This document shows, one piece after another, positions 1-12,873 of a stretch of DNA of 64,000 nt. The position numbers and the translations under genes are program-made. The first letter of the stretch is position 1, and the number at the start of each line of letters is the position of its first letter. Under the pieces are notes generated by a model that saw nothing but the letters and a program-made list of their open reading frames with translations, made no database searches and was not told where the DNA came from. The DNA comes from Octopus vulgaris (Eukaryota), in assembly GCA_951406725.2 (NCBI GenBank), contig OX597831.1, forward strand, positions 9,920,001 to 9,984,000, in the 5' to 3' direction.

Positions 1-1459
1 ATTCTCAGTATGTTAAGATCTCTCATTTGGTTGGTTGTGTTGTATCACTATTTATAGAGATTTAAATTCCGTAACCAGATTCTAGAGAATGCAGTTTGTT
101 CCAACTACATCCTCTTTAGCTAAAATTAAATATTTGTACTGACACGAAATCAATACTCAGAGTTATTGCTTTCCATTTGTTTCTGGACAATTATAGGAAC
201 CGTTCTACTTGAGTCATTCCATCCCTTTCTATTATTTCTCTTTTATTTTTCTCGCTCGTTTCCGCTATTTCTTTTCTCGTTGTTTCGGTATTTCGTAATT
301 TTAGCATTCATGCGCTTGTCACACAGAATCATCCTGGACAACCGTGTAAAGTATAGAAATATCAGTGGAGTTTACAGCTTCTTTATATTTTAAATTCACC
401 TCGAACGCCTTCGTTGATCAAACACCTGAATGATCCTCAGACAAACCAACAGGTTATCCAATAACCCATATTTACTAAGCTTATTTTTCTTCCTTCATCC
501 TACGCATATTTACAGCTTGATTGAGACCCTACTTATTTCTAGCTTCACTTTCAAATTCTCGTAAGTTCCTTTAATATGGACCTGTAACTCTTCTCTCCCT
601 AATAGTACCATAGCAACACCATTTTCCCTCTTTTAACCTCTAAGATACCAACACCAACATATCCCATCACTTCACTGACTATCTTCCTTTGCTCGCCCCT
701 TAGACATATACATCACTCTGGGTATCATTCATGCATCATTAATTACTAATAAATTAATTACTAATAAATTAATTACTAATAACTTCGGTTAACTCTACCC
801 CTGTCAGCAACAGTACTATTCCCTATTTTTCCACCCAGCGACAAAGAAACAAACACGTACCGTGAAATCCCACGTTCATTACATCAAATCAACAGACCAA
901 TCGCTTCTATGGAGAAATAAAAAGTATCTGTGCTTGTATCAAACCAAGACAACATCCTTGCTCATAAGCAGTAAACATTTATTACGCATACAGTATCAAT
1001 CGCTATTTATCGCTGTTTGCTTAAGTTTCGCTAGAGTACATGTTTCCTACACGTTGGCTTGGTCAAGCAATGCCTTATTATGTCCAGCTTATTATGAAAA
1101 GCGCATACTACAAGAAATACTATATGAAAAAAAATCAGCTAAAGGCAATAATACGATGAGATATTGTATTTCCAAAGACTGTTTAAGTATATCCTCATAT
1201 AGACCTTGTACAGTATTAAAGCAACGAACAGAATATGTATTTTAGTGTGATATGAAGAAGTATTATGGAAGTGACCGTAAATAAAAGAAATAACTGAAGA
1301 TGATACATATAACAATACAAAACAATGAAAATAACGACGATAACAACAACAGCAATAGTAATAATGCGAACAGGAGGGATTGTAAGAAAGAACACCAATA
1401 TCTAAGGAAGCTGATTGTGACCAGGTAATTAGGTATTCAACAACAACAACAATAAGCAG

Positions 1460-1666
1460 AATCCTTTCTACGAAAGGCACAGAGCCTGTAAGTTTTTTGG
1501 AGAGGGTACTAGTTGATTACATCGACCCTGGATTCTCACTGGTACCTAAATTAACCCCGAAAGGATGAAAGGCAAAGTCGAACTCGGAACACAGAACGCA
1601 AAGTCTGGCGGAATACTGCTGAGCATTTAGCTCGGCGCGCTAACGATTCTGCCAGCTCACCGCCTT
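1460..1666 (-). mobile_element. tRNA-derived SINE, family M (Meta/MESC-like core), tail type B
   Basis: The reverse complement begins GGCGGTGAGCTGGCAGAATCGTTAG (A-box-like) and contains GACTTTGCCTTTCATCCTTTCGGGG. The same sequence recurs more than 10 times in the window. Confidence 0.85.
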
Positions 1667-1836
<170 letters not shown>

Positions 1837-1838
<2 letters not shown>

Positions 1839-2449
1839 GCCCTGATGCAGTACCAGGCAGTGGCTCTCATGGCTTCTCATCTTAACTGATTGGAAGTGTT
1901 ATCATGTACATTGTTTTGTCTTCGTATAAAAGATGGGCTACAGCAAATATTCTGCTCAATACCACAGATTTGCTTGTCAGTTGTTTGACCTTAACCAGTT
2001 GAGCATGTCCCTTAGTGGCTGACGATATGTGCATCTCTGATCACGAGCAGAAGTAGTGGGGGAGCATCATAGCCATGTGTTGAGAGGGATTCTTTGGGGT
2101 TTGAATAGTTCACCTCTGGAAACATGGGTGGTTCTTTAAACATCCTTAAACAACCCTTATTCAAGGACCGTTTGAGCGGGATGGGCTACTCAACCTGAAG
2201 AAAAGTCTAACTGGGCCCCACCTGCAAGGTCATGTGCTGTTTATCTTGATATGAGATCACCATGTCGCGCACATATGGTTGTGATGCATGTGCCTGGTGT
2301 ACCTTTATCAGACGGGTAGTCATGGTGGGTATATTAGGCTTCGTATATTTTACCCCAGTGTCACTTTGATGGCATGAACTGCTCTCTCACTCAATAATAA
2401 TAATAATATTAATAATGATAATAATAATGATAATAATAATAATAATAAT
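1837..2449 (+). mobile_element. Non-coding retroposon with (AAT)n tail (3' UTR of, or SINE mobilised by, an R4/Dong-like LINE)
   Basis: About 560 bp ending CTCTCTCACTC-(AAT)n, flanked by (AAT)n on both sides. Homologous copies lie at 57311-57768 (-) and 15190-15262 (-). Confidence 0.75.
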
Positions 2450-2517
2450 GACCCTGATGATTATGAAAACGATTTTGTTTTAAACTCCGGTCTTGTATCT
2501 ATCTATATCTTTCTCTC

Positions 2518-2550
<33 letters not shown>

Positions 2551-2988
2551 GCTTGCATACATCCCCTCTCTCTCTCTCTCTCTCTCACTGTCACATACGC
2601 ACATATATACATACATATATACACACACATGTATACATACATGCTAAAAAACACAATAATGTATATATCACCAACTTATACGCTATTTTCAGCATTTCTG
2701 ATCCTCTAATTGACGCTTAACTATACTTGTATTTCCTCTTCATGAGAGGAAACCATTACATGTATTTTATAAGCAGCATGTCCCTCAATTGCCTGTTATA
2801 ATTTGCATGTCTCATTTGTGCTTCCGCGATGGTTTTGTTGTATACGTTGTTACGAATATGTGTTACTGTTCTTCAATAGAAATAATTTGTTAAGATTGCT
2901 TTTGCGTTCCTAGTATATAAATGAAAATACCAACGAGACAGTACTGTATAAGGCATTAATGACACCACGAGAGATACACTGTCAAGAT

Positions 2989-4060
2989 ATACAGTAAGTA
3001 CTTTGTAAAAGTCGCATTTTAAAAACCATTTTCTAATGTCTAATTTGTGGGGTCAACAATTTGGATTCTCCTTTTAAAGGGCTGAAATTCAAGCTAGAAT
3101 TCGAAATACTGCTCCAGAAGCAGAAGACCAACTGACTTGTACGCGAATGAAAATAGAAACACAATGAATAATAGTAATGTTACCAGTTATACGTTCCAAA
3201 ACACACGTCCTAGTAAAGTATGAAGTGAGCGATTAATTGAATGTTTGTAGGCTTACCAAAGTCATGCTCTTGTACAAATTCAGAAAGTGGTGTTTGCCAG
3301 TTTTCACGGTCTGTGAAACACGTTTCTCGCCCTGTAAAGGACCAGCATATGACGAATGTGTTTAATGTGCTTGAAGAAGTACCTTGACCCACAAATGCTG
3401 TCCTGTTGTTCGTGAAATACTAGGGGTCGATACATATCATCATCTGGAAAAGACTTTCTAACTAGAAAGGGTATGGCCTGGTCAGCCTGTAATGACATGC
3501 ATAAGATCTGGTCATCAAATCTAAGTAGAGACTTCAAACTTGAAATCTTCAAAGCCACAGTCGAACCAATTCTACTATATGGCTCAGAAACCTGGACGTT
3601 ATCAAAGAAGCTTGAGAGGCGGTTGGATGGAACTTACACTCGCCTCCTTATGAGAGCTCAAAATCTCTTGTGGAAGCGCCATCCAACCAAAATGCAAATA
3701 TATGGGAAACTACCACATGTGTCATCTCTTGTGAAAAGTAGGAGAGTCCAGTTTGCTGGACATTGTTGTAGGGCTGAAAAAGAGATAATTTCTACTCTTC
3801 TCCTCTGGAAGTCATCTACTCGCAATGCCAGAGGGCGCACACTCTCCTACCCTGATGTAATCTCCAGGGATACAGGCATCCAGCAACAGGACCTCCGTAA
3901 TGCCATGGGACCGTGAAGTCTGGCGTAGCATGGTAAATTCCATTGTCTCGACCTCGGTCGAACAATGATGATGAGGGGTCGATGTTTATACAGGCTCTAT
4001 GGCCAAAAGTAGAGGGTCGAGTTTTACATGAGATCGACTGTTACTCGAGTATAATCAGTA
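2989..4060. mobile_element. Degenerate pogo/Tigger-like non-autonomous DNA transposon, interrupted by an RTE fragment
   Basis: The right end TCGACTGTTACTCGAGTATAATCAGTA and left end TACAGTAAGTACTTTGTAAAAGTCGC resemble decayed pogo-type TIRs with TA flanks. Subterminal GGGTCGA motifs are repeated. Confidence 0.45.
3432..3973 (+). mobile_element. 5'-truncated RTE-clade LINE (C-terminal part of the RT ORF plus 3' tail)
   Basis: ORF 3473-3916 has typical RTE C-terminal motifs (ILLYGSETWTL, RRVQFAGHC). Short 3' UTR with a (TGA)n tail. 10-bp TSD AGGGGTCGAT at 3422-3431 and 3974-3983. Confidence 0.92.
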
Positions 4061-4313
4061 TGTTAATTCAGACCATCAAATGAATTGTGCCAATCAGTTG
4101 GTCTGTTGATTTAAGCCGGCAATGTTTCTTAGTTCCAATTAATCGTTGAATTTGCACATCAGATTCAAACTTCAGATTTCACAGATGTAAGATATAAAGA
4201 AATTTAGAAGGGTTAAAACGTTTGGCAGGTTACTCAAACAAATTAATGAATATGAAGAACTTCGACATTGCCTTCACTCACACACAGAGTAGAGATTCAT
4301 AAATGTGTGAATG

Positions 4314-4347
<34 letters not shown>

Positions 4348-4885
4348 CAATTAAATACACGTTCCTGTGTAGGTATGAAAAATGTGTTTTAATAAAAAAA
4401 AGTCATTTGACGTCATGCTGTATATAATTAATGTCTGCTGCCTGCTTCGGTATCCCCTTGATATTGTTATCAATTATTTTTGCATTCATTTTAATATAAT
4501 TTATGTTTCTAGATCCTTGTTTACCTAATGTCTCAAATCTGATCATAATTTCTAAAGTAAATTATATTTTTTATAGTCATTTCGCAAAAGGAATCGCATT
4601 AATTTTAATAGTCATTTTAAAAACTCAGTCACATAATGTTGGAAATAATTTCATTTTTTCTTCAAATTTGTTTCTGTATTTTATTCTAGCTTTTGCTTCT
4701 TGTATTTTCCTCTTCTTTTGTTTTTTACGGATTTTTAATTCGTATTTTATAAAATAATGAATACACAACTACTATTTGAACGAACGAACGACGAAAAGCT
4801 CTTCATTTCTTCATATTTATATTTGGGGATTCCCATGAAATAACATACAGTTCCCATCACCGAAGTCAGATATTTGTCTGTTCAC

Positions 4886-4984
4886 ATTCTGATAAGAGGC
4901 ACTTTTGCCCGAAAGATCTCCAGATTATACCACCACAAGATCAAGGCCCAATAGCGTTGTTGTGGTTTGTTTGCCTCAATCACA
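4886..4984 (-). CDS. Candidate internal exon 5 of the putative minus-strand gene (VIEANKPQQRYWALILWWYNLEIFRAKVPLIR)
   Basis: Acceptor ttgctgtcag and weak donor AT|gtgaac. 99 nt, open in phase 2 to 2, compatible with the 13169-13276 exon. Confidence 0.3.
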
Positions 4985-5059
4985 CTGACAGCAATTACAG
5001 CGGAGCACACACATCGATGACGACCAGAGCATAAAATGCCAGGAACCCTCTCTTCAGAG

Positions 5060-5322
5060 GGGGATAAAACTCGGTTGGCGTGGGGCAAACACCTGAGTAG
5101 AGAAAAGGAAGTTTACAGAAGCATCAATGACAATTCAGAAACAATAAGGTCTGGGAGAGGAAGGCCTACCCCACGAGAAACACGATGTGCAGTACAATCG
5201 AAGAGAACGTTGCAAAAATAAAGCCTAACCAGAGAGAAGCAGAAAGAAACACCCCAGAATAGAGAGCAATAGAGAAGGGTCTTCATTGGCCTATGTTTCA
5301 TACTGAGCGAATGGATGAAGAA
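5060..5322 (+). mobile_element. Degenerate 3' end of an RTE-like LINE
   Basis: The interrupted translation KTRLAWGKHLSR...RSGRGRP...QNREQ*RRVFIGLCF resembles the RTE C-terminus (RW.GH.LR...RGRP..W...DR..WR..V..LC). Confidence 0.55.
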
Positions 5323-5394
5323 TATTTGATTTTAGATAACGAAGGCAGTTGGCAGACTTGCTTTTCATAGTTAAATACAAAGTTGAGTTCTATA

Positions 5395-5570
5395 TTTAAG
5401 AGATGAGGAATTACGTACATTATTTACGTTATATATACATTTGACGGATATTTGTCCTCATCTTGTTTGTTGTTAACACAACGTTTCGGCTGATATACCC
5501 TCCAGCCTTCATCAGGTCTCTTGGGCTAATTTCGAACCTGGGTTCCCATTTCTAAGGTAGTTTTCGATGT
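5395..5570 (-). mobile_element. Short Penelope-like (pLTR-like) repeat carrying a hammerhead motif
   Basis: Contains the hammerhead-like motif at 5475-5520 and abuts an (ATT)n tract. The class is inferred from the known association of minimal hammerheads with Penelope-like elements. Confidence 0.55.
5475..5520 (-). ncRNA. Minimal type I hammerhead ribozyme motif, canonical core
   Basis: Minus strand reads GAGAC CTGATGA A GGCTG gagggtatat CAGCC GAA ACGT T GTGTT. Canonical CUGAUGA/GAAA core, 5-bp stem II, palindromic stem III, stem I with one mismatch. Confidence 0.8.
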
Positions 5571-5572
5571 TG

Positions 5573-5611
<39 letters not shown>

Positions 5612-5614
<3 letters not shown>

Positions 5615-5697
5615 GTTTGACTTTTGCTTTATATTTGTACAAGTTGGCTCCAAGTCTCACCCGGAGACCTCAAGAGACTACAGGTTGGAAGTTCACG
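5612..5697 (-). mobile_element. Extreme 3' end of an R4/Dong-like LINE
   Basis: Matches the 3' UTR end of the element at 19390-19743 (ATATGTTTGACTTTTGC...GAGACCTCAAGAGAC). Flanked by (ATT)n on both sides. Confidence 0.75.
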
Positions 5698-5699
5698 TA

Positions 5700-5738
<39 letters not shown>

Positions 5739-5744
5739 TATGCC

Positions 5745-5827
5745 CACGGACATATGGCGTAGTGGTTAAGAGCGCGGGCTACTAACCCCAATATTTGGAG
5801 GTAGTGACCTGAACAATAATAATAATA
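5745..5827 (+). mobile_element. Short tRNA-like SINE remnant with AAT tail
   Basis: A-box-like TGGCGTAGTGGTTAAGAGCGCGGG, decayed B box, ends in (AAT)n. Confidence 0.45.
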
Positions 5828-7102
5828 GTTAATAGCTTTACTTTCCCTTTTTCATTCTCTCTCTTAATTATGGTGCTGTGCATAGAGAGTTTTGCATATT
5901 TACTGTGTACATTATTAATTTACCCATCCCGAAATGACACTTTCATAGTATCGACCAAAAACAAAAGAAAAGTAATTAATGAAAGTAATTACATCTACGA
6001 TTTTCAATAAAAAAATTATAAAAAAATACTGGAGATGTGAGAAAAGAAGACTATGTTCAGTGCAAATTCACACGGCGTTTACCTGTTTCTAAAGAGTTTA
6101 TTTGAAATTGGACAAAAAATCGCTGGAGAAAAAAAAATTGGACAAAAACAGGTCGGACCAAAAGGTGTGGGCAAAGTAATGATGGACAAAGTGACATCGG
6201 GGGAAAAGTTGGGTCATGGAATTTGATTGGTGAATTACACGAGAAAGATAATCTTAAATGTGTGTGTGCATGTGTGTGTTTGTGGGTATTTGTTTGTGTG
6301 TGCATGTATGTGTGTGTGTGTGTGATTAACTACGTACGTTTGTATGGGAAATCATTTTGATTCCAAGTTCAATATAATTAATTACTGTTGCCTATATCGC
6401 TATCCCCAGGATAATTTTATCAATTATATACTCATTTATATTAGTAAGATCATTTAAATTTCTAAAAGCTTAATTATCCAAGTTTTCAAAGATTGCACAC
6501 TAATTCTGATTTATGTAGTTTTACGACCCATATTATACGTATTAAAAGTATCGAACCTACTCTAAGGGGGAGGAAATAAGAGAGAATTTTATTACAGAAA
6601 TATTGCTGCGTATTAGTTCTTCAGTTGCTCCCTTTTGCTTTATATATCAATGTTTTAAAACATTTCACATAACAAGATGCACACAAGTGACCACTTTGTT
6701 GATTAAATGTGTCCTCCATTCCATTTTCCCAAAGTAAATAACTTGTCCTTCTTGTGACATACAACTGTCTTTCATAATACTGCACACCACGTTAATTTCT
6801 ATTAAGACATTTGCAACTGCACTGAGCGTGTAACGTGAACTAGTCAATCTTTACGTACCTGGTGTCACGCAGCATATGTGTTAAATAGACCATAAGAATT
6901 ATTCTGAGAGAATTTTAAAGAACTACTTCATCACATCCTCTCCTTGGAAAATGCCTTTTACAAAGAAGGCTAAAAACTTGCAGAAAGATAATCAAGAGCG
7001 AATTAATATGGCGTTGTACATGGGAAATGGGAGGTAGTAACAATGTAGCAGCATCCACGCAGCATCACACATATATATATAAGTGTGTGTGTGTGTGTGT
7101 AC

Positions 7103-7134
<32 letters not shown>

Positions 7135-7564
7135 ATGGTATGTGATGAGAATTTATGGACAGGTAACCCATTGAAACTCAACAAACTGTAAAAGATGGAG
7201 AAGAGATATTAACATTAAAAAGAAATTTTTTTATACATTCGTACGATCGTTTCGGACACCAACATTAACATGTAAATAACATGCTAGAATAATTAAAAAT
7301 TAAATTAAATTAAATTAATTACCTATTACTGTTCTCCTCAATGCAAACGGGAATACATCCGAAATTGTTATTGATAGAGATGACTTGATGGAGGAAGTAA
7401 CAAATAACATATTCGGATATAAATATTTTATTCTTATGAAAGATCAAAGGCAAACATAAAATGGTTGTTGAGTCTAGTTGTTAAAAAAAGACTAAAACTG
7501 ATGCGGCTAACGGTCATTTGAAAATATAAGTGAAAGTTGGTTAAGAAACATTCCCTTCATGTTG

Positions 7565-7762
7565 GATCGTTAGCCCCTACACGCAATTTTTTTCTCTCCT
7601 CGTTTCTCTCTTTGTTTCTTTTCTGTGTATCTTTCTGTCGAAGAGCGTAGGCTCGAAACGTAAAAGACTTGTTTTATTTCTATTCCTGAGCGCCATACTA
7701 ATACATTGTTTGTTTGTATTCCACCTGCCTTCGTCTTTTGTTTATTTTCGTAAACCTTCCCG

Positions 7763-7764
<2 letters not shown>
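7565..7764 (+). mobile_element. About 200-bp hammerhead-bearing dispersed repeat (family B)
   Basis: Colinear with 46059-46241 (-). Both start GATCGTTAGCC and run into dinucleotide microsatellites. Confidence 0.8.
7630..7667 (+). ncRNA. Minimal type I hammerhead-like motif, A6U core variant
   Basis: TCTTT CTGTCGA A GAGC gtag GCTC GAA ACGT A AAAGA. Perfect 5-bp stem I, 4-bp stem II, palindromic stem III, GUA triplet. Confidence 0.7.
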
Positions 7765-7828
<64 letters not shown>

Positions 7829-9229
7829 GTATGTGTATGCATAAATTCGTAATGGATAAACTTATAAACAACACCAAATATTGGGCTAAAATGTCCGTGA
7901 TGGGAAGAACTCCAATTATGCTCTTGTTCAAAACGATTTATGTCATGTTCCTTGAAGTTTCTAAATTCTTCGGACGCAAACAATTCTAGTTAGAAAAAAA
8001 AACACTTCTAAACTAAATGGGAAACGTCAGAAGGATAACTTTTGTTCAACAGTAGAATGTCTATCATAGTTACTGAAAATATAAGTTCGACTACCACCGG
8101 CAGCCTTCAACATTTTCCTTCCAAGTCTGTTTTTCTTAGTTTGATATTCTACATCCTATAATTTATAGCTTTATCTACTTCGAGCTCCACTGTCTAAAAC
8201 GTGTATTATATTATATTATATACAAACCTATGTGTGCGTGTGTCTGTATATATGTTTTTCAACATGTTTAAATAGCAAATTTGATTTTTAAGATGAATGT
8301 ATATAACGTCGGTATCTGCTGTTTCGTTATCCTCATGATAACATTATCAATTATTTATTAAATCGATTTAATAAGATCATTTAAAATTCTAAATCCTTAT
8401 TTACCCAGTATTTTTCGTCTCGTCTTAAATGAAATTTTAAATTATGTTTTTGAAACTATTTCGGAAATATCCATCACAAATTTGAAGCGATTTCATATAG
8501 AATTTTATATTTGCCGCTAAAAGTGTTCCAAATTTCCCCCTCAATATTTCCTAATTTACTTGGTTGTTTATTTGAGAATTCTTTTCTTCTGTTACCATTT
8601 ATTGAATAATGAATGTATTCGTGATAGAATATTTCTCTTTATTTTTTTACAGATAATTATTCCCAGAATGCTGCTTAATTCAGTGAAATGGATGTTTTCA
8701 CATGACTGACAAAAGAAAACCTGCTTGCAGTGTTTCTTTGCCTTCTTGGAGGGCATAGCGGAAATGGAATTATTTGGGCATAAATGGCAAAAAAAATAAA
8801 ACGGAATAATTTTCTATTTGCACCATCTGCCAGGTTTACAATTATTTTCTCTTCCTTCTAATTCTCTTCCTTCCCATTTTCTTCCATCTCCGACATGTTT
8901 TACTCTTCGTTTTTGTGTCACCTCTCCTTACACCATTACTCTTCTCTTGTAGTTCTCTTTCTTAACTGACTCATGCTAACTCTTAACTCTTTCACCTATG
9001 TTTTCCATCTACCTACTTCTCCATTTTATTTCTCAATCTTTCTCTTCTTATCACTTTCTTCTTTCGTTCCTGTCTATTTGTTTCGCTCTCCTTTACTTTT
9101 CCAGATCTCCGTTTATAGCATATTCTCACTATACCTTTCCATGTTTCTTTCTATTTTCTATTCTCATTTTGTATTCAGATTAATCTCTCACCCTCTCTCT
9201 CTTCACACACGGTCTCTTTCTATCTCACA

Positions 9230-9268
<39 letters not shown>

Positions 9269-9432
9269 TCTTTCTCTCTCTCTTATCTTATAAATACAAA
9301 TATCCTACAATACAAATGTCCTCCCATTTATACACGCATCAAAATATATTTATAGACACATCCATTTATACAGAAACAGATGTGTGTGTGTGTCAGTGTG
9401 TTTATGTATCTACGTGTATATACATACATACT

Positions 9433-9574
<142 letters not shown>

Positions 9575-12167
9575 TGTGTGTGGATACAGTATATATGTGT
9601 ATACGGATGTGTATATATGTATATTTCCATACTCACACATGCACGCACTCAAACACATGTGTATATGTATATATGTGTAGTGTGACCGTGAGGGCCATCT
9701 CCACTACAAAATCTCTGGAATGTCTTCTTGAAGTGTAAACGTAGAGGAAAGTTTCTTGCCAAGGCAGAGTTGCTGAGGTGCCGCGCTTCACACGAGTAAC
9801 GCGTCATTTTTGCAGTCACTCAGTTAAATAGAGTACAAAATAAAGGATGCATTTGAGGCATGTCACTTGATCAGGCTCAGGATAAACAGTAGAATGCAGC
9901 TCGTGGCCGGTGGCTTGAGAGGAGTGCTAACTTCTTTTTACAGTTCCTGATCTAAGATGAAAGTAATACAGAGTTTAAACACCGATCATTCACTCATTGA
10001 ACGCATTCAAGGGAACCAGGCGTCTAAAATGAGAAGGCATACCTACATATCGCAAAGCCGTATTAATCCTTAACTAACAATGTATTTTAGGACGTTTCAT
10101 ATACGAATACGCATTTGAACACAATACAGTCGAAGATAGAAAATATCGTTGATTGGTGTATATACCTATTTCAAGAGCTATTGCTCTCTCATCAGAACCA
10201 CACACAACCATCAAAAATATCCACGTATATAGGCATTGCGTTCATGGATGGTTGAATAGTTGCTAGTTTACTGGATGTGGTGCTGATGAAAGTACAATAA
10301 AACTTGAAATAGCGATATACACATATTAACAATTTTTTCTATCTTTGATTGCGTTCCTTTTATAGACGTATTTATATACAAAGCGTCACACATGACTGTA
10401 ATGCCTCTGAGAACTAACGAAAACCGATAAAAAAAAATAGAATATCGCACTGCTTACACAAAAGATAGACACAATATTGATTCGTAAACATTTAATATAC
10501 TTGGTAGTATATTATAGTTGCAAAGCGAAGTACTGTGCCCTTGCTAGCAATTAATTCTTTAATTTAATAATTTACTTTCTCAGTGGCTATAGCTGTGAGA
10601 TGACAGGTTTTGTCTTACCTTGTAACCATCGACACAAACAACAATTATTTGAGAGTTAAAAGAAAAAGTGAAATATATTTTAAATTTCTGTTGCAGTTAT
10701 TTAGAAATATGTAAAAGGATAGCGAAATAGAAAATAAAAAAATCACTTTGAAAATTAACTTTTAAAACGTAACTGCTGTTTAATATAATTTAATTTTCCT
10801 GTATAGATTTATAAGGAACTGCTTGCTAAAACATTTCTTAAGCGTAAATGTTATGTATGTGTGATTGTGCAAGGATGAAGATATGGGTTTCTGATGGTAT
10901 GAAGCTGTATGCGTAATAAAAATAAGTGTTGTTTTTAGCTTTATACGCATGCCGGAAATATTAAAATAATGTGATGTGTAAATGATTTGCAAATTCGTCA
11001 TGATGAGATATATTAATGATAGTTTTTGCTATGTTTTGATGTATTTGGTGATAACATTCAGAATTTACACAAAAGGAATAATAAAAACACCTCCAGTAAA
11101 AGAGTAATACAGTTACCATATATTTTTATAAAATTTAAAACAATTTAATTCCAGGTAAATTTCAACATTTTGTTTTTTTGGTATTTCGCTTCTTGTAACT
11201 TTTCACTATGTAATGTTAATAACCTGCTTTATGCTAAGTCAAATGCAAAGCAGATTTTATGAAAAAGCCGCTTTCAATAAATCACAAATTTATGCTAGTG
11301 AAAAGAATATATTTCTTAGAATATGGTTTTCTTAAAAGGATGAATTTTGCTCTGACAAAAGATATTCTTTTAGACTGAAATGAAGCAGTGATTTATTTTA
11401 GAACTTGTAATTTAATAAATCCATAAATCAGATTATTTATTCCTAACATTTTTGATAAGGTAACATTGTCCACTTTTGTCTAAGCACTGGCTAATATAAT
11501 TAATTTCACTACAGATTTGGCCAAGAATTCATTGAAATATTAAGTCTTCTAGAATTATTATAGATTGTGCCAGTGATTAAATTCGGTGCTTCTGTGTTAA
11601 TTGTGCAATAAAAGGACATATTTAATCTAGACTGAGAGTTTGTCTGAGATTGAAACAAAGATAAAAAGATATGTCAATGCTCCAAGCATGTGACGTTGTG
11701 ATTAATTTTAACCTTCATCTCTAAAGATTTCAATCAGACGTTACTTGCTTATTTCTGCATTTGCTATTGATGTTGTCGCGATAGTTTCATAGTCTGGTGA
11801 TTTAATACCAAGTAGAGTTATGCCATGGAAATAGCCAATTGGACGAATACAAAATGAACGCATACACATTATGTTAGGTATGTCACAACGGTTATGTATT
11901 TTATGGATAATAAAAGTTCAAGTTTGTTTTAGATGGAAGTTTGAGCATAGAATTCAAAGCCATTAATCCATTCACCTCTCCCGTCATCAAATATAATTAG
12001 TTGGAAGAAATTTCACTTCTTTAACTTAAATGTATGAACATGGTTTCGGATAATTATCAGAATCTTTAAAACACACAAAATAACTACCCATACACAATAT
12101 TCCGCATACGCACGTACACGGAGCAGATACATACACACGTACATACAAGTAAGCATGCACACATGCA

Positions 12168-12478
12168 TTAGGTTTAGGTTTGTTCCTTCTCGAACCATGC
12201 CTGGCTCATAAGGGCCGGTTTCCTGGTTTCCTTGCCGTATAGGTTCCCCACCGGGACGGGACGCCGGTCCGTCGCAGGTGAGCTGCAAGATGCAGGAGGA
12301 AAGAGTGAGAGAAAGTTGTAGCGAAAGAGTCAGCAGAAGTTCGCCATTACCTTCTGCCGGAGCCGCGCGGAGTTTAGGTGTTTCGCTCATAAACACACAC
12401 ATGGCCCGTTCTGAGATTCGAACCCGCGATCCCTCGACCGCGAGTCCGCTGCTCTAACCACTAGGCCATGTTCCTCCA
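12168..12478 (-). mobile_element. Full-length tRNA-derived SINE (resembles the octopus OR-type SINEs)
   Basis: Minus strand has A box TGGCCTAGTGGTTAG and B box GGTTCGAATCT. 10-bp TSD CACACATGCA at 12158-12167 and 12479-12488. Confidence 0.88.
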
Positions 12479-12486
12479 CACACATG

Positions 12487-12540
<54 letters not shown>

Positions 12541-12873
12541 AATTGCTAATGATGATGATGATGATCATATTGATACTACTACTAATAATAAAATCTGTTT
12601 GTCGTCCTCTATGTGTTAGTGTAAATGTATAACGGCGTAAATCTGTTGACATAAGTTCTTTTGTGTTAAGAGATTAGTTTATTTAATAATGATCAAGAAA
12701 CAAAAGGCAAAATCAATATAGAAAGGTGTCCCCCATAAGGCACAGCTCAATAATTAAATAAAAAGGGATGCATCCGTTCATCCATATATCTATAGACACA
12801 CATAAGCATACGCATATATGCATGATAGGCTTCCTCGTCGATGACCACTGATAACTGTTCGGGTTTTTGCTGA

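Noticed and set aside
400-720. Faint resemblance on the minus strand to a LINE ORF1 esterase (ICLRG...YRSILKEL)
   Set aside because: Many stops and no diagnostic motif; too degenerate to support.
2452-2480. CTGATGA-TTAT-GAAA
   Set aside because: No stem II or stem I pairing; chance match at the end of an AAT tail.
10619-10687. Minus-strand exon candidate ending SQIIVVCVDGYK|gtaaga
   Set aside because: Phase 0 start does not follow the preferred phase 2 end of the upstream exon, and the sequence is intron-like (T-rich).
12400-12478. tRNA-like sequence with A and B boxes
   Set aside because: It is the head of a SINE bounded by a TSD, with no complete cloverleaf acceptor stem.
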